NCBI GenBank assembly: GCA_048882505.1
Contig: JBHLRO010000002.1
Coordinates: 1 to 32,000 of the forward strand
DNA length: 32,000 nucleotides
Source: Candidatus Thorarchaeota archaeon
GTDB taxonomy: Archaea; Asgardarchaeota; Heimdallarchaeia; Hodarchaeales; Hodarchaeaceae
Direction: 5' to 3'
A program made the position numbers and the translations under genes. Below, in pieces: positions 1-9,208 of this stretch; the first letter of the stretch is position 1, and the number at the start of each line of letters is the position of its first letter. Under the pieces are notes generated by a model. The model had not been told where the DNA came from. It was given only the letters and a program-made list of their open reading frames with translations, and did not search any database.

Positions 1-85
1 CCTTTTATCAGGGCATAAATTGTCTCTAGGGAAGTCCAACAACCATAGGTACAAAGATGGGTTTAAGAAGACCAAACAAAGGTAT

Positions 86-1429
86 CTAGGTTCCGACACG
101 CCAGCTTGCTAAATACTTTTCCTGTTCTGGAGTTAATTCTTCCAACTCGATGTCTAATGCTAGACACTTCAATCGAGCTACCGTGTTATCAATGTCCTTC
201 GGGATTTCTACGACCTTTCCACCGATGGTAATTAGTTGATCCTTATTTTGTACTATATGTTCAGTGGCTAACGCCTGCAAGGCGAATGAAAGATCCATCA
301 CGCTGGGTGGATGGCCTTCTGCAGCAGCAAGATTAATCAAACGGCCCTCACCAAGTAAATTGATCCGATGGCCATTTTTTAAGGTGTATTGATCCACAAA
401 CGGACGAATTCGTATTTTTTTTGTAGCCATTCCCTCTAGTACAGGAATATTAATCTCTACATTAAAATGTCCCGTATTAGAAACAGTTACTCCATCTTTC
501 ATGACCTCAAAGTGCTCTTTACGAATCACGTCCTTACATCCAGTCGCTGTGATAATGATATCTGCGATTTTAGCCGCTTCATGCATCGGCATGACTTCCA
601 TTCCTTCCATTACCGCTTGAAGAGCCGCATGGGGTTCGATTTCGGTCACGATGACTCGGCGAGCCCCCATCCCTTTGGCTCGCATAGCCACCCCCTTTCC
701 ACAATGGCCATACCCAGCCACTACAAAAACTTTGGATGCAATCAGATCAGCTGTAGAACGGAGGATACCATCGATACTCGACTGTCCCGTTCCATAAACG
801 TTGTCAAATAGATTTTTACTAGGGGATTCGTTGGTGGCTAAAATAGGATAGAGAAGCGCCCCATCATCTGCCATGGCCTTGAGTCGAATGATTCCAGTTG
901 TTGTTTCTTCGGCACCTGCCCAAACGTCATCAAGAAAACCCGTTTCATCTCCTATCACAGTTTTTACGACATCGATCTCCTCACCGCTTTCCCCCCGTTT
1001 CAGTTTGTGTAGCGTCCCAACTAGGTCAGCTCCATCATCGATCGTGATATGAGGACGGGCTCTGATAACATGCCCGATCGCTCGATAATAACCTTCGTTG
1101 TCCATGTACTTCCAAGCATACACGTGCACACCTTTCTCAACGAGAGCGGCCGCTATTTCATCCTGGGTTGAAAGTGGATTCGATGCGCACAAGTGTACTT
1201 CTGCGCCACCAGCCAGCCATGCCTCACACAATTGAGACGTTTCCTTTGTGACATGTAAGCAGGCACCAATTCTGACCCCGTTAAAGGGCCGTTCTGATTC
1301 AAACCGTTCTTTAATTAGCTGAAGAACAGGCATGCGACCAGCAGCCCATGCCATGGTGTTCAATCCGTCACCTTTCAGTGATAGGCTCTTAACCTCATAA
1401 TTTGGTCCCTTTTCTGTTTCAATTGACAA
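86..1429 (-). CDS. ahcY: S-adenosylhomocysteine hydrolase (adenosylhomocysteinase)
   Basis: Motifs HVTKET, SNPLSTQD, DDGAD, EETTTG, KNLFDNVYGTGQS, GYGHCGKG (NAD binding), GHFNVEI and GHPPSVMDLSF; TTG start. Confidence 0.97.
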   Translation of the reverse strand: MSIETEKGPNYEVKSLSLKGDGLNTMAWAAGRMPVLQLIKERFESERPFNGVRIGACLHVTKETSQLCEAWLAGGAEVHLCASNPLSTQDEIAAALVEKGVHVYAWKYMDNEGYYRAIGHVIRARPHITIDDGADLVGTLHKLKRGESGEEIDVVKTVIGDETGFLDDVWAGAEETTTGIIRLKAMADDGALLYPILATNESPSKNLFDNVYGTGQSSIDGILRSTADLIASKVFVVAGYGHCGKGVAMRAKGMGARRVIVTEIEPHAALQAVMEGMEVMPMHEAAKIADIIITATGCKDVIRKEHFEVMKDGVTVSNTGHFNVEINIPVLEGMATKKIRIRPFVDQYTLKNGHRINLLGEGRLINLAAAEGHPPSVMDLSFALQALATEHIVQNKDQLITIGGKVVEIPKDIDNTVARLKCLALDIELEELTPEQEKYLASWRVGT

Positions 1430-1563
1430 AGTATTTCACCAAAGACCATAATATCATTTACTTTTTACTGTAATAATGATGTCTTCGAGAGGTATAAATA
1501 CACTTCATACCGATATGAGCTATTATTTTTGCAAACTGATATAAATCAACATCTAGTTTACTA

Positions 1564-2493
1564 ATGCTAATGAGCAGCTTGGTTGAATCAACTTCCATTG
1601 TCGAACCTCTTCTCCGCAGCTTAAGTCAACGGCGCAATCCGTCTCTTCGTGGATTAACTGCTGAATTAGGTTATTCCTCGTCTTGGATAAGGAAACAAAT
1701 TAAAAAATTAAGACAGGAAGGAGTTATTACTGCTTGGCAGTTCGTTCTACACCCTTCTGCATCTCTTCAGCAGCGACGGATCCTCTTCTTTCTCTTGAAA
1801 ACCAATCCCAATGAACCTCAGATTGTGGAGGAATTGTTAAGAAAGTATACCACTGAAAAACTCAGCAGCCTAGAGGGGGTGACTGGAGAATATTCAATAA
1901 TGGGTCGATTTCATTTTCCTTCAGGAGCCGAGTTTCTTGCATCCTTGGATCACCTTTACCAGCTGATTGGAGGATCTGGGTTTCAAAAATACGAGTTGCT
2001 CGAGGTTATCAGTGTACAAAAGGAATGGGGATTTATCGTACCTGAGTCGAGTATATCAATCAAGCGTGCAGAATATAAGGTCTTACAGACCATTCAGGAA
2101 CTTGGAAAAATCCAACAATTTCCCCCATCAACTTATGATATTGCAAAGAAACTGGGTAAACATCAACCGTCTATATATCGTCAACTGAAACGTTGGAAGA
2201 GGGGTAATGTCATCTTGGGATACTCTGTAAGAACCACTTATTGGCAAGAACACTATATCCATGCCTATATCCAAATTAAGGCCCCATTGGGCAGGTACCA
2301 AGTAGCGATTGACTTCTGTCATCAAGATACACATGTTGTTGATTGCTTCCGGACCAATCACGAGTATAGCCTCTTGATTAAAACCCGACATTCAACCTTA
2401 ACTGACCTTAATGACTTTTTAAAGGCACTTTACAAAAATACAGAGGTTACGGATACAATAACGCATATTATTTTGGATGAGCTTCGGTTTTAA
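1564..2493 (+). CDS. Lrp/AsnC-family regulator with two tandem HTH + RAM units
   Basis: Two HTH segments (LTAELGYSSSWIRKQIKKLRQEGVI; IAKKLGKHQPSIYRQLKRWKRGNVI), each followed by a RAM-like domain (VTGEYSIMGRF; TNHEYSLLIK...LNDFL); divergent from ahcY. Confidence 0.85.
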   Translation: MLMSSLVESTSIVEPLLRSLSQRRNPSLRGLTAELGYSSSWIRKQIKKLRQEGVITAWQFVLHPSASLQQRRILFFLLKTNPNEPQIVEELLRKYTTEKLSSLEGVTGEYSIMGRFHFPSGAEFLASLDHLYQLIGGSGFQKYELLEVISVQKEWGFIVPESSISIKRAEYKVLQTIQELGKIQQFPPSTYDIAKKLGKHQPSIYRQLKRWKRGNVILGYSVRTTYWQEHYIHAYIQIKAPLGRYQVAIDFCHQDTHVVDCFRTNHEYSLLIKTRHSTLTDLNDFLKALYKNTEVTDTITHIILDELRF

Positions 2494-3216
2494 CTAAGTT
2501 CGTATGAGATAGATAGGGCCTAACACGGTATAGAGGATGGCGATAAATAATACTCCAGCTAATGTCAAATAATGAGGGAGAAAAACAAACATAAGTACAA
2601 CAATCCCTGCGATACTAATAGCAACCATATCCGGGGTTTTTCCTCGCTTTGGTGTAGGATATTTGATAGTCAGGATCATTAACACGCCAATAGTTAGAGT
2701 TATGAGGGTTAGCACGGTTCCGTTCTGTGGGAAAAGCCACGTGAATTCTGGATGTCGTGCGAGCAATGTACATGAACCCATGAGGAGGGCCGCCGCTGGT
2801 GAGGGGAGTCCGTCGAAATGAATGACTGTAGGTTGACTGGCAAAGCGAACGAGACGAATCCATCCACAAATCGTATAGAATCCTGCAATACCCAGTGAGA
2901 ACATACTCGTGTTGCTCCCCTGCCCCAGATCTAATAGAGGGGCATTAAGGAGCATTATGCCTGGTAGAATAGCGAATGTGATTACATCTCCAATGGAATC
3001 GGAGTAAGCCCCTAGTGATGAACTCATGGGAGCGCGTTTCGCCATTTTTCCGTCAAGAAAATCAAATATGGCCCCAAAGATCAATAATTGAAATGGTAGA
3101 TAAAGGAACTCTTCAGGTAAATACAGAGAAACGATAATTCCAACAATCCCACAGATAGCATTGAGTGCTGTGAATAGAAAAGCTAGAAGAATATATTTGT
3201 TGTAAATAGTCCCCAT
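2494..3216 (-). CDS. pssA: CDP-alcohol phosphatidyltransferase, archaetidylserine synthase (PssA type)
   Basis: DFLDGKMAKR-x7-G-x3-DS-x2-D motif, RLVRF and FDGLPSP; hydrophobic; abuts psd. Confidence 0.9.
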   Translation of the reverse strand: MGTIYNKYILLAFLFTALNAICGIVGIIVSLYLPEEFLYLPFQLLIFGAIFDFLDGKMAKRAPMSSSLGAYSDSIGDVITFAILPGIMLLNAPLLDLGQGSNTSMFSLGIAGFYTICGWIRLVRFASQPTVIHFDGLPSPAAALLMGSCTLLARHPEFTWLFPQNGTVLTLITLTIGVLMILTIKYPTPKRGKTPDMVAISIAGIVVLMFVFLPHYLTLAGVLFIAILYTVLGPIYLIRT

Positions 3217-3852
3217 TTAACTGGATCCCCCTTTCAGTTCTGCCAGTCGAGTGATTCCCGCCCTCGTTCGATCGTTTTCCTTCACAATAATTCTATATTT
3301 ATTCGAAGGTAGATGAACATCTACTTCGCTCCCATACCTGATCATACCGAGACGTTCGCCCTGTTGAACAGATTCCCCTTCGTTCAGGTAACATATTGCA
3401 CGGCGAGCTAGGATTCCAACGATTTGAACCACGGAGAATTTTCCCGTTGATGATGCAATCCGAATTGCTTGTCGGGCATTTTCAACGGTTCCACGATGGA
3501 GAAATGAGAAAAATGGCCAATTCCTACCTGATTTCCTCTGAATAGAAGTTATTGTACCAGTAATCGGCGCGCGGGTTACATGCACGTTGAATAGAGACAT
3601 ACGTATCCGAATAATTCCCAGAGAATGATCAATCACATAGATCCTTCCGTCTGCAGGTGCCAAAACTGATCTAGCATCAGTACTTACTGTCCTTCGAGGA
3701 TCCCGGAAAAACATTAGGTGCCCACCTAACAAAATTAGAAAGACCGGAACCAAAATCAGTAAGGCAGGATAAACCAGCCCATAGAAGAGAAACACGGGAA
3801 GGAGTGTCAATAGTGCTAAGGTTATTATTTCATGACCCTTGGCTAGACGCAT
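3217..3852 (-). CDS. psd: Archaetidylserine/phosphatidylserine decarboxylase proenzyme
   Basis: APADG, RMSLFNVHV and the GMIRYGSEVD self-cleavage motif (G-S pyruvoyl site); N-terminal membrane anchor. Confidence 0.93.
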   Translation of the reverse strand: MRLAKGHEIITLALLTLLPVFLFYGLVYPALLILVPVFLILLGGHLMFFRDPRRTVSTDARSVLAPADGRIYVIDHSLGIIRIRMSLFNVHVTRAPITGTITSIQRKSGRNWPFFSFLHRGTVENARQAIRIASSTGKFSVVQIVGILARRAICYLNEGESVQQGERLGMIRYGSEVDVHLPSNKYRIIVKENDRTRAGITRLAELKGGSS

Positions 3853-4036
3853 TATTACTCATAACATCCTTGGCGAATAGATGCATTTTCGGGCCTTTTT
3901 CAAGGTTCCATTACTTTTTATGGATGTACTATCCTGATATCCCTTACTAAGGGTGAGCACTCTTCCACATAGCGCCGCTTTAAAAAATCTAAAGTGGTTT
4001 TTCAAATCAACTGGTTTCAGAAGTTGTGGGCATAAA

Positions 4037-4621
4037 ATGAGTGAAACTTCAAATCAAGTAGATCTATCGCCAAACGCTATTATTCAGTTGGCCCAAGATA
4101 TCCAACAGGCGAGTAAGTTACGAGCATTGGAATTACAAAAAGAAAAACTCCAAGTACGTGCAGAGCTTGAGGGCCTAGAGGTGGCTGACGAATTAGAAAA
4201 AGTCATTCAAGAATTGGAGGCGCTTAAGGAACAGCAGACCAAAACTACCAATAATTGGCTACTTGAGCTGATCCAAAAGAAGTCCGTTTTTGATACCAGA
4301 CTCCAAAAATTGACCGAAAAAAGAGGCCAAATTCAAGACTCTGTGTTTAGTGCTCTTGAAACAGAATATAAAGAGGAAAAGCAAGCAATCGACCAACAAC
4401 TGATGTCAATAAAAGCCAAACTACGCCAAATGGTTGCTGATGCTTCCAAGGGTAAGAAGTCCTTAACATATGCCATAGAGGAACTCGAAGTTCGGAAAGA
4501 AATCGAGGATATCCCCGATGAAGAATTTCAAAAGCGAAGGAATGAATTGAAGGAAGAACTAGCCCAATCAGAGGCCCTGCAAGAAGCATGCAATTTGATA
4601 CTGGAACAGGTGGAGTCTTAA
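4037..4621 (+). CDS. All-helical coiled-coil protein, CdvA-like coiled-coil domain (tentative)
   Basis: E/K/Q/L-rich heptads with two helical-hairpin turns (KLTEKRGQIQDSVFSALETEY; LEVRKEIEDIPDEEFQKRRNEL). ATG at 4037 preferred over the track start at 3953. Confidence 0.6.
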   Translation: MSETSNQVDLSPNAIIQLAQDIQQASKLRALELQKEKLQVRAELEGLEVADELEKVIQELEALKEQQTKTTNNWLLELIQKKSVFDTRLQKLTEKRGQIQDSVFSALETEYKEEKQAIDQQLMSIKAKLRQMVADASKGKKSLTYAIEELEVRKEIEDIPDEEFQKRRNELKEELAQSEALQEACNLILEQVES

Positions 4622-4935
4622 TGACTATTGAGTTTTCGGATCGTTTGAATGACGCAAAACAGCTGGTAGCCGAACATAGGGTTAAGAAGTATCTCATTGA
4701 GAACGAAATTGAGTATTGGGTGGTCGTAGGTAGCACACGTGAATACTTGGTTTTTATCAATCCTTTTTGGTGCCGCTGTTATGATTTCCAACAACGGCTT
4801 CTAACTGAAACGGTAGTACAGTGCAAACACGTCCTTGCAGTTCAGTTAGCATGTCAGGAAAACAAATATGCTACCGTCGCCCTAAGCAAAGATGAATATG
4901 ACTATATTCGGCCCTATTTCCTATTATCCACCTGA
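4621..4935 (+). CDS. Small SWIM zinc-finger protein
   Basis: CRCYDF-x10-CKH (CxCxnCxH); ATG at 4621 overlaps the upstream stop (TAATG), so it is preferred over the track start at 4588. Confidence 0.85.
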   Translation: MTIEFSDRLNDAKQLVAEHRVKKYLIENEIEYWVVVGSTREYLVFINPFWCRCYDFQQRLLTETVVQCKHVLAVQLACQENKYATVALSKDEYDYIRPYFLLST

Positions 4936-5934
4936 TTGAGGATTTCCTAGCAGATTTTCAAATAGTTGATAAAGGAAAACCTTGATCTGTGTAATATCAA
5001 GGCTTTCGGGGTGATTATAGCCAGCCGCCGAAGGATGTCCGCCGCCAGATCCCCCAAACTCCTCAATTAGGGCTGGAATTACATCTCTACCTAGAGAGAT
5101 CCCTGAATCCTGGGGAAAAGAAGGCGCGGTCCTGATACTGATCCGTGTTTCCATCTTGCGTCGCGCGATTACAACAGCAATATCGCTCCCTAAAGTTACC
5201 AAAGTTCTAGCAGCGGCCGCCTCGAAGGAACTAACATGCGAAACTAGTAGGATCGTCTCATTAATTTGCCATCGTTTCGCCCGCTGGGCCGCCTTAATGC
5301 AAGCTATTTTCTCAGGAGGCATCCGTGGATCTGATAACAACATACCCACTTCAGAGTAGATTTCGGGGTGGCCATTTAGTAAATAGGATACACACTGGAA
5401 TAAGGCGTCATCTCCATACAAGAATCGTCTTGTATCAAAAATTAATCCTGCAAGTAAGGCTTGCCTGACTTGCTTGGTAAGAGAGATCCCTGAACTGTAA
5501 AACATGCCTGCAACTATTTCGGTGGTTGCACGGAATGTTTCAAGTCGAAAATCGAAATCAATGGTGAAAACAGTGTCTGTTTTGACGTGATGATCTATGA
5601 CCGCTATTGATTTGTCGTTTGGATTCATTTGATTGTCGACTTGATTTGTATCTAAGTAAATAATCAGTAATGGAGCGGTGAGTCGATTGAATGGTATGGC
5701 ATCGAAGATATGACCCGTCAGACCAAGTAGTTCACGACCCAGTTTACTAATATCTTCTTCAACCACTTGAACGGGTAAATTGGGATTAAGAGCCTTGATT
5801 AACTGGGTCATAGCAATGGCAGCTCCAACGGCATCCAGATCCGCCTGGGGATGAAGTTTCAAACCTACCATCCCCTGAAATTGTTTTACGAATGCAATAA
5901 ATCTGTCCACAGAGGGCATGTTACGCATCCGCAA
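4924..5934 (-). CDS. DHH-family phosphoesterase (NrnA-like, DHHA1 domain)
   Basis: HPQADLDAVG, IDHH, GLIFDT and GGSGGGHPSAAG; true start may be the ATG at 5919. Confidence 0.9.
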   Translation of the reverse strand: MRMRNMPSVDRFIAFVKQFQGMVGLKLHPQADLDAVGAAIAMTQLIKALNPNLPVQVVEEDISKLGRELLGLTGHIFDAIPFNRLTAPLLIIYLDTNQVDNQMNPNDKSIAVIDHHVKTDTVFTIDFDFRLETFRATTEIVAGMFYSSGISLTKQVRQALLAGLIFDTRRFLYGDDALFQCVSYLLNGHPEIYSEVGMLLSDPRMPPEKIACIKAAQRAKRWQINETILLVSHVSSFEAAAARTLVTLGSDIAVVIARRKMETRISIRTAPSFPQDSGISLGRDVIPALIEEFGGSGGGHPSAAGYNHPESLDITQIKVFLYQLFENLLGNPQSGG

Positions 5935-5964
5935 AAGAATGACTCTCTTTACCTGGTTTATAGA

Positions 5965-6070
5965 TGGGGACGGCGAGATTCGAACTCGCGACCTCTTGGT
6001 CCCGAACCAAGAATCATCTGGTCACCGCTCGTACACCAAGACAACAATAACCAAGCTAGACTACGTCCCC
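5965..6070 (-). tRNA. tRNA-Pro(CGG) with a 31-nt D-loop intron (21/22; 6017-6047)
   Basis: Acceptor GGGGACG/CGTCCCC, anticodon arm CTTGG-TTCGGGA-CCAAG, T arm GCGAG-TTCGAAT-CTCGC; BHB central helix TGGT/ACCA with bulges TA|T and GA|T. Confidence 0.93.
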
Positions 6071-6093
6071 TATAATTCAAAAAATCATGGGGA

Positions 6094-6501
6094 TTAAAGG
6101 TCTTCAAATCCTTCTTCAATTTCAGCTTCTTCATCAGGCACAACCCCCTCGGTGGGCTGAGGTTTGGGGGCAGCAAGGCGTTGTGCCACATATTCCCCAT
6201 ACTTTTCTAAGAGCCTTTCAATTTGATCATTATTCAAGCGCTCTCCAAGGACGCCACGTACATCAACTGGTGTTTTCGGATTAATATTTACCAATTGAAC
6301 TGCCAATATGCGAGGTATATCGAACTCCGTCATTAGCGCAGAGAGGATCTCCTCAGAATATGCGGCATCCTTAGACAATTTTTCTGCATGTTGGGCAGTT
6401 ACTCGTTGGACATAATTGATGCCTGCCTGTTCTCGAATCAGGAGAAGCTCGTGAACTCGACCTAGAGGGATAGGCTTTTCTTCTAAGATTTTTCGTACCA
6501 T
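6094..6501 (-). CDS. rpo4: RNA polymerase subunit Rpo4 (RpoF)
   Basis: ILEEKPIPL...V..LL, INYVQRVTAQHAEKLSK and LAVQLVNINPKT; conserved position downstream of rpl21e; acidic tail. Confidence 0.88.
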   Translation of the reverse strand: MVRKILEEKPIPLGRVHELLLIREQAGINYVQRVTAQHAEKLSKDAAYSEEILSALMTEFDIPRILAVQLVNINPKTPVDVRGVLGERLNNDQIERLLEKYGEYVAQRLAAPKPQPTEGVVPDEEAEIEEGFEDL

Positions 6502-6527
6502 TCAACTACATCCTATGATCAAATCAG

Positions 6528-6824
6528 CTAGGCCATCTGTGTCCGAAGGTGTTCTGGGCGAGCTATGATTTTCTTCTTTGCTTTACCATCAGTGACTTGA
6601 ACCACGTAACTTGCCCCCCGTTTTTCCAAGACAACTCCCGTTTTCCCATGGAAACGTCTATGGGGGCGGCCTTTCTGAACACTAGGTTCTATCACAATAT
6701 TGACTCGGGAATCTATCGCATATTCTCTAAGTGAGTGTGAAATTGGGGGTAGGCCACGATTGCGGGGATGCTTCGAAAAAACGCGTCGTGTCCGAAAATT
6801 GGTACCCTTAGATTTTCTGACCAT
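6528..6824 (-). CDS. rpl21e: Ribosomal protein eL21
   Basis: SKGTNFRTR, IEPSVQKGRPHRRFHGKTG and KKIIARPEHL. Confidence 0.97.
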   Translation of the reverse strand: MVRKSKGTNFRTRRVFSKHPRNRGLPPISHSLREYAIDSRVNIVIEPSVQKGRPHRRFHGKTGVVLEKRGASYVVQVTDGKAKKKIIARPEHLRTQMA

Positions 6825-6990
6825 TTTTAAAAACCTCTGGTGCCTTATAAGAGGAACAGAGAGCCTGAGGATGCTTTTATCTTGGAAGCGACGAGAGAAG
6901 CTATTTTTTTCTTTCTATTTGTTATTATTGTTGTTTCAGATTTTCTTGTCTGATTTGTTTATGAACACGGTATTAATCCAATGGCGTTAT

Positions 6991-8343
6991 TTAGAGAGAT
7001 GATTCCGGAGAAAATACCTTAATTACATCCAGATATTTCACTGTTGCTTGTGTCCCTACCAGACCTGCAAAATTCGGCTGGGTGCGTTCCTCATCACCGT
7101 TAATTAACTCTTTCACATAAAGCCCCCCTTCACAGACGATATGAATTGTCACATATTCGGTTGTAATTGATTCGATTTCAAAGCTAATTACCTTTCGCGT
7201 TCGAATCTTATCTGCACGCCGGTGAGAGACACGAACTGGCGTTCGTTGTTGGATAACAGAATTGGACAGATGCTTAGCTGCGGCATAAAGGCGGTCTTCA
7301 GTTACATTTCTTTCCGGTTCCAAAACCACAATTGCGCGATATCCTTTGGCAATGCGGCTGGACTGGGTTTTGAGTTCACGAACCTTTGTTCGCGTTGTAA
7401 GGCCATCAAATTCAACCTCGACTTTTCCCTGCGCGTTCTGGTCAATAGTGGCTTTCAGCTGAGCCAGATTGAGAGTACGTTTCTTTGGTTCAGAAATTTC
7501 AAGTGTAAACGGTCTGCCGTCTCCCAACATTCTAGCATCAATATCTTCTCGGCCTGCCCCATGAAACTTACTATCGACTCCCTGTGCTGCTGCAAGAACT
7601 GGTCCCGAGATAAACTCTTCAACTGATTCTTGGTACATTTTTCCTGTAGATCCACATCTCTCACATCCTTTACCTCTACATTCTCTACAAAACCACTTGG
7701 ATTGGGGAATTCCACGAGCCAGCTTGCGATAACGGCCTAGAATGAACAACGGGTTACTCTTGAGCTTCACCTCGTTTTTAACCAGGTCAAAAAGAATAAC
7801 AAGATCAGGGGCCTTAAAATCCACTTCGCTGTGTGGTAACTCAGATAGGATGCGTTTTCCGATTTCCCGATTGAATTCAGATTTAATGGATTCACCAAAC
7901 TCGATGCCAAATGTACTTCGAATATTATCCTCGCCATCTAAAATATCAGAAGGAAATCGGCATCCTACTAGGAATGTCCTAAATTCATACTCCGTCAACT
8001 GTGGAACCACATCTCGGACATGTCTTTCCAGAGTATCCTCCGATAATCGATCCTTACAGATTTCACAAATCGAATTGTCAAAGGAAATTTCCGGGTAGTA
8101 CCGTTGGACCGAAGTGTTCCCTACAGGAAAACCTTTTGCAAGCAATGAGGTCTTTGGGAGTTCTTTCGTAACCAATCGATAATTGTTTTCCCATTCCATT
8201 AGTAATGCGATCTTAAGGGCCTTCCCCCGCTCCATATTTGAAAGTCCCGATAACAGGTTGCCGAACTGTCTCCCAAGGCAGGAATTGCAGCAGTGAAAAG
8301 TTTCGATCAGCTGTTTGGCTTTCTGTATGATTTGCAACTCCAT
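6991..8343 (-). CDS. pus10: tRNA pseudouridine(54/55) synthase Pus10
   Basis: N-terminal CCNSCLGR...CEIC, THUMP region, GRYRKLARGIPQSKW, catalytic HGAGREDIDARMLG, QQRTPVRVSHRRAD and GGLYVKELINGD. Confidence 0.96.
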   Translation of the reverse strand: MELQIIQKAKQLIETFHCCNSCLGRQFGNLLSGLSNMERGKALKIALLMEWENNYRLVTKELPKTSLLAKGFPVGNTSVQRYYPEISFDNSICEICKDRLSEDTLERHVRDVVPQLTEYEFRTFLVGCRFPSDILDGEDNIRSTFGIEFGESIKSEFNREIGKRILSELPHSEVDFKAPDLVILFDLVKNEVKLKSNPLFILGRYRKLARGIPQSKWFCRECRGKGCERCGSTGKMYQESVEEFISGPVLAAAQGVDSKFHGAGREDIDARMLGDGRPFTLEISEPKKRTLNLAQLKATIDQNAQGKVEVEFDGLTTRTKVRELKTQSSRIAKGYRAIVVLEPERNVTEDRLYAAAKHLSNSVIQQRTPVRVSHRRADKIRTRKVISFEIESITTEYVTIHIVCEGGLYVKELINGDEERTQPNFAGLVGTQATVKYLDVIKVFSPESSL

Positions 8344-8507
8344 CGATAAAGACCACCAAGGTTATTAGGGCATCATGGCCCCCTTGATATGAAGTCTGTT
8401 AGTCATCAGATTGAGGGGAATGGGAGGTTATTTGACGATGCGAGATTTAATCAGGGTTTCGAAGCATTCGGTAGATCTGTTTTACGGCCCAGGAAGGCGT
8501 ATGAATC

Positions 8508-9056
8508 ATGTCCCGACATTTTATCATCCTCTCGAACACGGTAGATTGTAGAAAACCCCTCTCGTTGAATAATTTGACTGGATTTGGGCGGTTAGATGTT
8601 CTCTGTCGTTGTATTACAGCCACCTTCTTTCTTTCAAATGCTTTCCGCAGGGAGACTCAACTTAGCATCTTTTTCCGTTTGAACGAGCTGCTTCTTAACA
8701 TTAACGGAAAAAAGGCAGAGGGAATCAATCCTGATGAACGTAGCATAGCAGGTGTTTTGAAACGCGTCTTTAAAGGGAGAATCTCACGGGGAATTACTTT
8801 GGTTCCAGCTACCCTCCAAGAGATCTTGACTTTCCACCTCCCAACTGTCCTTGATGTTCACGGGAATAAAAATTTCACCGAGCTCACTCAGCAAGATGTC
8901 TTTCTCATTGGTGACCAAATTGGATTTACAGACACCGATAGACAAATGTTCTCGGATGTTAGCAAGGTGGAAAGTCTAACCATTGGATCACACGTCTACC
9001 TAAGTTCACAGACCATTACCATCCTCCACTATCTGCTCGACCAAATTCATAAGTAA
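8508..9056 (+). CDS. trmY: tRNA (pseudouridine(54)-N1)-methyltransferase, SPOUT
   Basis: GRLDVLCRCI...SNAFRR, INPDERSIAG, FLIGDQIGF and SLTIG...YLSSQTI; divergent from pus10. Confidence 0.9.
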   Translation: MSRHFIILSNTVDCRKPLSLNNLTGFGRLDVLCRCITATFFLSNAFRRETQLSIFFRLNELLLNINGKKAEGINPDERSIAGVLKRVFKGRISRGITLVPATLQEILTFHLPTVLDVHGNKNFTELTQQDVFLIGDQIGFTDTDRQMFSDVSKVESLTIGSHVYLSSQTITILHYLLDQIHK

Positions 9057-9208
9057 ATCAGAAGATGAAAAAAAGCCTCCTCGTTATTCGAGAAACCCGT
9101 AAACAAACTCACCAAGGATGTAAGAGTAGGAAGTCATTATAAAAAACGGAAGATAGATAAATCCTTGACATGCAGGAATGACTGACTGCCTCTAGGAGGC
9201 ATACAAAA

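Noticed and set aside
5851-6200. ORFs 5851-6075 (+) and 5958-6200 (-)
   Set aside because: They overlap tRNA-Pro and real genes; these are tRNA shadow ORFs.
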